A stretch of 64,000 nt of DNA from Bacilli bacterium (GTDB taxonomy: Bacteria; Bacillota_I; Bacilli_A; RFN20; CAG-826): contig JBILRP010000004.1 of assembly GCA_044372565.1 (NCBI GenBank), positions 5,028-69,027 of the forward strand, written 5' to 3'. Each line of letters opens with the position of its first letter. Positions within the stretch are counted from its first letter, which is position 1. Positions 37,381 through 44,734 of the stretch are shown piece by piece. Under the pieces are notes generated by a model. The model worked only from the letters and a program-made list of their open reading frames with translations, was not told where the DNA came from and did not search any database. Position numbers and translations under genes: made by a program.

Positions 37381-38024
37381 GCATAGATCCTAGGCCAAAT
37401 ATATTGGCGGGTCCCACATGTATCGGGATCTTCGGTAGACGCACTGGTGGTGTTCCCTTGACAGATGCCTTCGATGGCATATAACTGACCAATCAGTTGA
37501 TGACGTGGAATCGGACCAAAAATCCGAGAATCGGTTGAAAAGCCGCGATTATCACCCAAGACAAAATAACTTTGTTCATCCAAGGTGATCGGTGTGCATC
37601 CTTGGGCATTCACATTCAAGCAGGTGCGATCTTGATAACCAACGTCGGGGATAAAAGGTTGGTCCACGGGTTCGTTGTTAATGGTGAGATTGCCTAAGGT
37701 ATCAAACGCCAACGTTTCTCCTGGTAAACCAATCACTCGCTTGATTAAATATCGATCGACCGAAGGATTTTGCTTGACGATGACAATGTCAAAACGTTGT
37801 AAGCCGTTCAAGGCCCCTTCACTTTGGTCCATCACCCCAAACTCTTGATTTCTTAACGTAGGTTCCATCGAACTGCCAACAATTTTAATTGGGGTGAAAT
37901 AAATGTTATGGAAAATCACGAAACCACCGACAAGAATTAAAAACACAAAAAGAAGCTGAGAAAGAATGGCGATGGTTTTTTTCATCCAGGTCGGTAAGGA
38001 TTTCATCCTATCTATTATAAACAC
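37377..38024 (-). CDS. lepB: Signal peptidase I
   Basis: N-terminal TM; SMEPTL (catalytic Ser), KRVIGLPGE (Lys), GDNRGFSTDSR. Confidence 0.9.
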   Translation of the reverse strand: MFIIDRMKSLPTWMKKTIAILSQLLFVFLILVGGFVIFHNIYFTPIKIVGSSMEPTLRNQEFGVMDQSEGALNGLQRFDIVIVKQNPSVDRYLIKRVIGLPGETLAFDTLGNLTINNEPVDQPFIPDVGYQDRTCLNVNAQGCTPITLDEQSYFVLGDNRGFSTDSRIFGPIPRHQLIGQLYAIEGICQGNTTSASTEDPDTCGTRQYIWPRIYA

Positions 38025-38035
38025 TTCTGAAGGTG

Positions 38036-38062
38036 AAACAAAAAAGATTCCCGAAGGAATCT
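38036..38062 (-). terminator. Intrinsic terminator/attenuator after rplS
   Basis: agattcc-cgaa-ggaatct hairpin followed on the minus strand by T6. Confidence 0.6.
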
Positions 38063-38095
38063 TTGATTGTCACAATCTTGAAATAAGTGATGAAC

Positions 38096-38446
38096 TTATT
38101 CGAGGATTTCTTTAATCCGTGCGGCTTTCCCAGAAAGTCGTACAAGGTAGGTGAGTTTATTACGACGCACTTTCCCTTTCTTTAGGACTTCAATGCTGGC
38201 AACGGTAGGAGCGTGGACCGGAAAAATCCGGTGAACCCCAATGCTACCTGACATTTTACGAACGGTAAAACTTGCATTGATAAGACTTCCTTTACGAGCG
38301 ACGACGATGCCTTCAAAAGCTTGGAGACGTTCTTTGCCACTTTCGATGATTCGAACCATGACTCTGACAGTGTCACCTGATTTAAAGCTTGGGACATCCT
38401 TCTTCAGCTGATCGGCAGCGATTTGATCGACGAGTTTTTGATTCAT
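38096..38446 (-). CDS. rplS: 50S ribosomal protein L19
   Basis: L19 full-length similarity (FKSGDTVRV...ERLQAFEGIVVARKG...RKLYYLR-like KLTYLVRL). ATG 38446 sits 9 nt after SD AGGAGG. Confidence 0.95.
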   Translation of the reverse strand: MNQKLVDQIAADQLKKDVPSFKSGDTVRVMVRIIESGKERLQAFEGIVVARKGSLINASFTVRKMSGSIGVHRIFPVHAPTVASIEVLKKGKVRRNKLTYLVRLSGKAARIKEILE

Positions 38447-38587
38447 GATCATGTGCCTCCTTCATTGTGTTTGTCAAAGTGTTCATACGGATTGTGACCA
38501 TAGTGGACCACTTCTAGCACGTTGACGTGCCCTCATATATTAGCAAAGGTCATCTCGGTTGGCAATGCTTATGTTTATAATGAAACT

Positions 38588-39775
38588 ATGAAAAAAATGG
38601 TTCTGTTAATGATGCTCTTATCAAGTTGCTCAAACCTAACTGCAAAACCAGTTGATTATGGATACCTTTCCTATTATGATCCCCAATTTGATCCTTCCCA
38701 ATTGGCGCATCCAAAGCGCTTACCTCACCGAGACGATTTTATCCGCGGTGTGGATGTTTCTACTTACGAAGAAGTGATTGCAAAAGGCGGGGAGTTCTTT
38801 AATGAATATGGTGAAAGCGAACACTTATTTTCCATCTTCAAGCGAGCTGGCATTAACCTTATTCGAATTCGTTTATGGAACGATCCTGTTAATTTTCATC
38901 CTTGGAATGGTGGGTATCTGGATTTACAAACCGTAACCCGGATTGCAACCATTGCTAAAAGTTATGGGATGAAGTGGCTTTTAGATTTTCATTACTCGGA
39001 TACATGGGCAGATCCAGGCAATCAAACAAAACCAAATGCTTGGAAAGATTTATCTTTTGCCAATCTTGTCAAAGCCTTGGGCGATTATACGTTTGACACG
39101 ATGACTCATTTTATGAATTTAGATTTAACTCCAGATTATGTACAAATTGGCAACGAGATCAATAATGGGATGCTTTGGAATGACGGGAAAATCTATCAAA
39201 ACAACCAAACCAATTTCACACCATTGATTCAATTATTAAAAGCAGGGGTTGCTGCGGTTCGTTCAACGTCATTGACAACCAAAATCATCATCCACTTAGC
39301 TAGTTCTGATGATCATCTTCAATTCTACAATTTCTTTTTAACAGTCTTATCCGCGGGGGTTGATTTGGATATCATCGCAGGAAGCTATTACAGTTATTGG
39401 AATGGTTCCTTACTGGAAGTTAAAGAAAACTTTGATCAGCTTTCCATTCAGTTTGAAAAGGACATTCTCCTCGTGGAAACTGCTCAAGCTTTCACGTTAA
39501 AAGCAAATCCAAATGGCATCAATATTTACGGACCTACGCAAAATCTTGCCTCAGGTTATCCCGCAACCATTGCTGGGCAATCACAATTGGTTTATGACGC
39601 GTTGGCGATGATGACCGACATTGCTGGTGGGCGAGGATTGGGAATGGTTTATTGGGAACCAGCTTGGATTCCTATTCAGGGTGAGAACAACTTTACCTCA
39701 TGGGCGAACCAAACTTTTTTTACCTACGAAGGCCAAGTCATTCCAAGTTTATTTACATTTAATGATGTTAAGTAA
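38588..39775 (+). CDS. GH53 arabinogalactan endo-beta-1,4-galactanase, predicted lipoprotein
   Basis: GVDVS...INLIRIRLWNDP, DFHYSDTWADPGNQ, VQIGNEINNGMLW (catalytic Glu), YWEPAW. N-terminus MKKMVLLMMLLSSC has a lipobox. Start moved to ATG 38588 within the 38522 ORF. Confidence 0.88.
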   Translation: MKKMVLLMMLLSSCSNLTAKPVDYGYLSYYDPQFDPSQLAHPKRLPHRDDFIRGVDVSTYEEVIAKGGEFFNEYGESEHLFSIFKRAGINLIRIRLWNDPVNFHPWNGGYLDLQTVTRIATIAKSYGMKWLLDFHYSDTWADPGNQTKPNAWKDLSFANLVKALGDYTFDTMTHFMNLDLTPDYVQIGNEINNGMLWNDGKIYQNNQTNFTPLIQLLKAGVAAVRSTSLTTKIIIHLASSDDHLQFYNFFLTVLSAGVDLDIIAGSYYSYWNGSLLEVKENFDQLSIQFEKDILLVETAQAFTLKANPNGINIYGPTQNLASGYPATIAGQSQLVYDALAMMTDIAGGRGLGMVYWEPAWIPIQGENNFTSWANQTFFTYEGQVIPSLFTFNDVK

Positions 39776-39781
39776 AATAAC

Positions 39782-39810
39782 TTGACAGAAAAACAATTGT
39801 CGAATAAAAT
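39782..39810 (+). promoter_or_regulatory. Sigma-A promoter candidate for the rpsP operon
   Basis: TTGACA-N17-TAAAAT, then SD taggag 9 nt before the ATG at 39840. Confidence 0.65.
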
Positions 39811-39839
39811 ATGGATATAAATGATAGGAGAATAATCAC

Positions 39840-40112
39840 ATGGCAGTAAAAATTCGCTTAGCACGTACAGGTCGTCACTCCGATCCTTCTTATCGTATCG
39901 TTGCCGCTGACTCACGTTATTCACGTGATGGTCGTTATGTTGAACAAATTGGTTTTTATGATCCACAAAAACCCGCTACGGAAGCAACCATTGATGAAAC
40001 CATCGCTTTAAAATGGTTAGGGTTAGGCGCACAAGTTTCGGATACGGTTCGTTCGTTATTTAAACACAAAGGAATCATTGCCAAATTTCTTGCAGCCAAA
40101 AAAGGTAAGTAA
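39840..40112 (+). CDS. rpsP: 30S ribosomal protein S16
   Basis: MAVKIRLARTGRHSDPSYRIVAADSR... canonical S16. Confidence 0.96.
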   Translation: MAVKIRLARTGRHSDPSYRIVAADSRYSRDGRYVEQIGFYDPQKPATEATIDETIALKWLGLGAQVSDTVRSLFKHKGIIAKFLAAKKGK

Positions 40113-40114
40113 TC

Positions 40115-40381
40115 ATGGACTACGTAGCAATCATTCACGCATTAATTGATGATTTTGTCGAAAACAAAGATGCCGTTTTGATTCGCGAATTACCGAATGA
40201 TAATCCTGTAGATCTTACCTTACTCATTGTTGCAGAAGGCAATGATACATCACGTTTAATTGGTCGCCGAGGCATCATCGCCGATGCCTTACGCGAAGTG
40301 GTTTCTATCGCCGGTAAAATTGATAATCGACGCGTTCATCTTAAATTCGAAGCGTTTGAGAAAACCACCACCGAGGACTAA
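40115..40381 (+). CDS. KH-domain RNA-binding protein (YlqC/UPF0109)
   Basis: KH_4 GxxG loop LIGRRGIIADALR; conserved position between rpsP and rimM. Confidence 0.85.
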   Translation: MDYVAIIHALIDDFVENKDAVLIRELPNDNPVDLTLLIVAEGNDTSRLIGRRGIIADALREVVSIAGKIDNRRVHLKFEAFEKTTTED

Positions 40382-40397
40382 TGCTCCTCGGTTTTTT
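40371..40397 (+). terminator. Internal terminator/attenuator between the KH-protein gene and rimM
   Basis: ccgagga-ctaatgc-tcctcgg hairpin overlapping the stop codon, followed by T6. Confidence 0.55.
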
Positions 40398-40402
40398 CTT
40401 TT

Positions 40403-40912
40403 ATGGATAAACCAAAACTAACGATTGGAAAAATTATTAACGTTCGCGGGCTTCAAGGAGAATTAAAAATTGCTTCTTTGACTGATTTTCCCTTGCTACG
40501 ATATCGAAAAGGGAACACCGTCTATTTAGAAAAAAATGGTCAGTATATCCCATTGATTGTCAAATCCTCTCATCATCAACCAGGCACAGACTACGTACAG
40601 TTTGAAGGGCACTTGGACATTAACTTGGTGAAAGATTGGATGAACTTATATCTATATTCAGAAAAAGATCATATTCGTCTTAAACCCGGTAACTTTTTTT
40701 ATGAAGATCTCATGGGCATGCGCATCGAAGATGAACAAGGTCTTTCCTTAGGCAAGGTCATCGCCATCGATCGGATCGCCAATCGCATCAATCTGAGGAT
40801 GGGTCGTCAAGATAAATCAGATGTCCTGATTCCTTTTATCGATGTCTTTATTAAAAAGGTCAACACCGAGAAAAAAATCATCACCGTTTCCTTGATTGAA
40901 GGCATGTTATGA
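40403..40912 (+). CDS. rimM: 16S rRNA processing protein RimM
   Basis: GKIINVRGLQGELKI N-terminal beta-barrel, followed by a PRC barrel. Overlaps trmD by ATGA. Confidence 0.92.
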   Translation: MDKPKLTIGKIINVRGLQGELKIASLTDFPLLRYRKGNTVYLEKNGQYIPLIVKSSHHQPGTDYVQFEGHLDINLVKDWMNLYLYSEKDHIRLKPGNFFYEDLMGMRIEDEQGLSLGKVIAIDRIANRINLRMGRQDKSDVLIPFIDVFIKKVNTEKKIITVSLIEGML

Positions 40913-41676
40913 CGCTACACGTCTTAACCTTATTTCCAGAGATGTTTCAAGGGATGATGACGACCTCAATCATCAAACGTGCCCTCGGTGAACAAAAAGC
41001 AGACATCCATTTAATCCCTTTTCGTCAATTCACCAAGGATCCTTATCGCCGCGTTGATACTCCGCCGATTGGTGGTGGTGCCGGTTTGGTCCTTAAATAT
41101 CAACCGATTCACGATGCGTTACTTTCCATTGCAAACCCAGGAAAAAAAATATTACTCACCCCACGGGGTAAACCTTTCACCCAAGCGGATGCCTTGCGAC
41201 TGAGTCAACTACCTTCCCTCACCCTCATCTGTGGTCATTACGAAGGCTTTGATGAACGTATTCATCATGATGTGGATGAGATGATCTCCTTAGGTGACTT
41301 TGTCTTAACTGGTGGAGAAATTGCCGCGATGGCCATCCTCGATGCGGTCATTCGTTTATTACCTGGCGTGATCGAAGCGAGTTCACTTGAAGAAGAATCC
41401 TTTACCAAGGGGTTGCTTGAATACCCTCAGTACACCGAACCTCGGATGATCGGTGATCATCACGTGCCGGAGATTTTATATTCTGGCAATCATGAAGCGA
41501 TTCGTACATGGCGATTAAAACAATCCTTGTTCTTAACTCGTTTGCATCGACCGGATTTATTTGCCAAACTCACCTTAAGCAAAACCATGCTCGCCCTACT
41601 CAAAGAATTAGACGAAGGTCGCAAAGGAGACTGGGAAATCCAAGCGATTGACAAAGGAAGGAAGTTTACCAAATGA
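40909..41676 (+). CDS. trmD: tRNA (guanine37-N1)-methyltransferase
   Basis: LFPEMF, ICGHYEGFDERI and SLGDFVLTGGE trefoil-knot motifs. Confidence 0.96.
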   Translation: MTLHVLTLFPEMFQGMMTTSIIKRALGEQKADIHLIPFRQFTKDPYRRVDTPPIGGGAGLVLKYQPIHDALLSIANPGKKILLTPRGKPFTQADALRLSQLPSLTLICGHYEGFDERIHHDVDEMISLGDFVLTGGEIAAMAILDAVIRLLPGVIEASSLEEESFTKGLLEYPQYTEPRMIGDHHVPEILYSGNHEAIRTWRLKQSLFLTRLHRPDLFAKLTLSKTMLALLKELDEGRKGDWEIQAIDKGRKFTK

Positions 41677-42494
41677 TTAATCTCATCGAGTTACTCAAAT
41701 ACTTACTGCTTGCCGTCATTCAAGGCATCAGTGAAGTCTTGCCCATTTCTAGTTCGGGTCACCTGGCGTTATTTCAAGCCATCTTTAACACCAATGCTGG
41801 CAATGAAGCCTTGGTCGCCCTCTTGCTTCATGTCGGCTCACTGTTTGCCTTTCTCATCTTCTTCTTTCCAGTGATTTGGCGTTTGATTCAAAACCTCTTT
41901 TTATTTCTTCAAGGCAAACGAACAGATGCAGTCAATGATGACATGATGCTCATCGTGTATTTAATCGTTGCCACCATCCCCGCGGCCCTTGCAGGATTTT
42001 TAATCAAGGACGCGATTGATGCGATCTTTCAATCACTATGGATGGTAGGGATTGGGTTTTATTTCACTGCCTCTTTACTATTTTTACTCCCACGGTTTGC
42101 CAAACTTAGTTATGGTCAGTACACGTTTAAAAACACCATCTATGGTGGGTTATTTCAAATCCTTGGCATCTTGCCTGGGGTGTCACGAAGTGGGTCGACG
42201 TTATTAGGAAGTTTATTGGGTGGCTTAACCTTAGCCAAAGCAAAAGAATTTGCTTTCTTGTTATTTATCCCCATCACCTTGGGTAGTTTTATTCTGTCCT
42301 TTGATCGGATTGAATCGCTGGATACCACGTTGTTGATTTATGCATCGATTGCCACTGTGGTGAGTGGACTGGTGACCTATCTGACCCTCAAGGTCGTCTT
42401 TAAACATTTAGCCTTAAAACATTTTCCAACGTTTGGCATTTATTTAATGGCAGTAGGCACCATCACCTTGATCCTTGCCGCGTTAGCGATTTAA
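41673..42494 (+). CDS. uppP: Undecaprenyl-diphosphate phosphatase (BacA/UppP)
   Basis: GISEVLPISSSGHL and PGVSRSGSTL signature motifs. Confidence 0.93.
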   Translation: MINLIELLKYLLLAVIQGISEVLPISSSGHLALFQAIFNTNAGNEALVALLLHVGSLFAFLIFFFPVIWRLIQNLFLFLQGKRTDAVNDDMMLIVYLIVATIPAALAGFLIKDAIDAIFQSLWMVGIGFYFTASLLFLLPRFAKLSYGQYTFKNTIYGGLFQILGILPGVSRSGSTLLGSLLGGLTLAKAKEFAFLLFIPITLGSFILSFDRIESLDTTLLIYASIATVVSGLVTYLTLKVVFKHLALKHFPTFGIYLMAVGTITLILAALAI

Positions 42495-42803
42495 CAATTC
42501 AATCAACTTTTTCTTAAGGTTTGTGGGTATCGTCTCATCGTCAATCCAGGTTTTTAAAGTGGTTTGTAACGCAACAACCTTTAAAGTTTTTTCAAACTTC
42601 ATTAAGTGACGTTTTGCTTGGGTTAAGGCATCCGAGACTGCCGCGCGGGTGATCTGACGTTGATCCGCAATCTCTTGTAACGATAAATTAAAACGATAAT
42701 AATCCGACATCATCGCTTGTTGAAGATGAGTTAATAAAGGACCATACACATCCAATAACCCGTTGATGAGATTCATCTCCGCGAGAAGTTGAGATTTAGG
42801 CAT
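42483..42803 (-). CDS. ylxM: YlxM/p13-like HTH protein (UPF0122, SRP-operon associated)
   Basis: LLDVYGPLLT..Q..MSDYYRFNLSLQEIADQRQITRAAVSDAL matches the YlxM family. Confidence 0.85.
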   Translation of the reverse strand: MPKSQLLAEMNLINGLLDVYGPLLTHLQQAMMSDYYRFNLSLQEIADQRQITRAAVSDALTQAKRHLMKFEKTLKVVALQTTLKTWIDDETIPTNLKKKLIELLNR

Positions 42804-43035
42804 AGTTAAATAAATACCTCATCAGCAAGAGGATGACAAAAATAAACGCAAAGTTTTTATGGAATTGAATATTTGTTAACACTGGCTTCGTGCTATTCAT
42901 GTAGGCGAACACCGCGGCAACTAACAATGACACGACCAAATCCACGATTGGTAAAACGACCCCAAAGGACACAAGCACGCTTGTCACCAAGGCATCAATG
43001 GCAATAAAGATCAATAACGTCACAAAGAAATTCAT
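42796..43035 (-). CDS. Small hypothetical membrane protein (79 aa, about 3 TM)
   Basis: ORF only, but tightly coupled: 1 nt after the rnc stop and an 8-nt overlap with ylxM. Strongly hydrophobic. Confidence 0.45.
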   Translation of the reverse strand: MNFFVTLLIFIAIDALVTSVLVSFGVVLPIVDLVVSLLVAAVFAYMNSTKPVLTNIQFHKNFAFIFVILLLMRYLFNYA

Positions 43036-43036
43036 T

Positions 43037-43729
43037 TTATTTGGTGACCTTCTTTTCTAAGGCAACTTTGGCCGCAGCTTGTTCTGCTTTCTTTTTACTG
43101 GGGCCTGATCCTGTTCCTAAAATGATGCCGTTGAAACTAACTTGGAAGGTAAAATTCTTGTCATGCGCAGGACCCGATTCGTCAATCTTATCATAGGTCA
43201 CAGCCTCCCGAAACTCGGCCTGCATCTCTTCTTGTAACCTGGTTTTATAATCGGTGAGATCATCCATATCAACTTCAGTAATCAAGGGGCGAAAGAAATT
43301 ACCAACGAATGCATAAGCTTTTTCAAATCCTAAATCAAGGTAGATTGCGCCGACAAAGGCTTCAAAAATATCTTCAAGGATTTTGTCACTTTGTTGAACC
43401 ATCTCACGTTTAATCGAAGGACCAATGGTGACATAGGCTGCTAAGTTTAAATCCTTGGCAATCTTCACCAAACTATTGGTTTGCACAAACTTGGCTCTGG
43501 TTTTACTCAGTTCACCTTGTGACCATGCTGGGTGCAATTGAAAAACTAAATCTGCCACCACCATCGAGATGAAGGCATCACCCATGAATTCTAATCGTTC
43601 ATAGTCTTTACCAATACTTTTGCCAGTCGCATTCACAGAAGTATGGGTAAAGGCTAGTTGATAAAGAGAAAGGTTACGAGCTTGAATTTGAAGTTGTTCC
43701 AACAATTGTTGAACTGGTTGCATGTGCAA
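43037..43729 (-). CDS. rnc: Ribonuclease III
   Basis: Signature ERLEFMGDAF, catalytic EDIFEAFVGAIYLD, C-terminal dsRBD (GPAHDKNF...GSGPSKKKAEQAAA). Confidence 0.95.
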   Translation of the reverse strand: MHMQPVQQLLEQLQIQARNLSLYQLAFTHTSVNATGKSIGKDYERLEFMGDAFISMVVADLVFQLHPAWSQGELSKTRAKFVQTNSLVKIAKDLNLAAYVTIGPSIKREMVQQSDKILEDIFEAFVGAIYLDLGFEKAYAFVGNFFRPLITEVDMDDLTDYKTRLQEEMQAEFREAVTYDKIDESGPAHDKNFTFQVSFNGIILGTGSGPSKKKAEQAAAKVALEKKVTK

Positions 43730-44699
43730 ATCCTTTCTTCATCGACTCAATGATATTCGCGGATGCAAGTTTTTTTCCCATTTCAATCGCATAAGAAAAA
43801 GCCAGAGCATCACTGCTACCATGGCCTTTGACAACGACCCCATTTAACCCTAACAACATGCTGCCACCCGTGGTTCGATAATCCCAGCGGTGTTTCATTT
43901 GTTCCACCCCTTGTTTTGCCAACACGTAAGCGAGCTTGGAGAAGAGATTACGTTTAAAGAATTTCTTAATTTCATTGGACATGATTTTAAAAATACCTTC
44001 GGTGGATTTTAAATAAATATTACCCGTGAAGCCATCGGTGACAATGACATCGGCGTCGCCATTGAGGGTTTCTCTACCTTCGATGTTGCCTTTAAACCCA
44101 GTAAACTTTTTCGCAACCAGCATGTCAAATGCTTTTTTGCCTTCCGGGGATCCTTTTTTATCTTCGGTTCCGTTGGATAACAAATACACGCGTGGCTCTT
44201 GGTTGCCATAGACTGCTTGATTAAATAAGCGTCCCATCTCTGCAAATTGCACAAGGTGTTCGGCACTATTTTCATTGCTTGCTCCAATATCCAAGACATT
44301 GGTAATCTTACCAACGGCATTTGGCATCGGCACAATCAAGGCGGCACGTTCAATCCCAGGGATAAGTTTTAATTTTAAAGTTGAAGCAGATAGAAACGCC
44401 CCAGTCCCACCACAAGAAATTAAGGCATCGGCATGGAGGGTTTCATACAAATCAATCGCTTTCATCATAGACGAATCTTTTAATCGTAAAACGTCTCTCG
44501 CCCCTGCTTCCATGGGGACAATTTCACGGGCATCAACGAGTTCAGCAACGCCTTTTAACCCTTGAAGTTCTTCTTGTTTACCAACGGCGACGATACGGTA
44601 TTCACCCGGATTTCGTGCTAAAAATAACTTCACGCCTTCGACTAACTCAGCGGGTCCTTTGTCAGCACCCATCATATCCAAAATGATTGTTTGTTTCAT
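43674..44699 (-). CDS. plsX: Phosphate acyltransferase PlsX
   Basis: Full-length PlsX similarity (ILDMMGADKGP...CGGTGA...TDGFTGN...GHGSSD). Confidence 0.95.
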   Translation of the reverse strand: MKQTIILDMMGADKGPAELVEGVKLFLARNPGEYRIVAVGKQEELQGLKGVAELVDAREIVPMEAGARDVLRLKDSSMMKAIDLYETLHADALISCGGTGAFLSASTLKLKLIPGIERAALIVPMPNAVGKITNVLDIGASNENSAEHLVQFAEMGRLFNQAVYGNQEPRVYLLSNGTEDKKGSPEGKKAFDMLVAKKFTGFKGNIEGRETLNGDADVIVTDGFTGNIYLKSTEGIFKIMSNEIKKFFKRNLFSKLAYVLAKQGVEQMKHRWDYRTTGGSMLLGLNGVVVKGHGSSDALAFSYAIEMGKKLASANIIESMKKGFAHATSSTIVGTTSNSSS

Positions 44700-44734
44700 A
44701 ACATTAATTTCATTTTATCAAAATTACAGATAGT

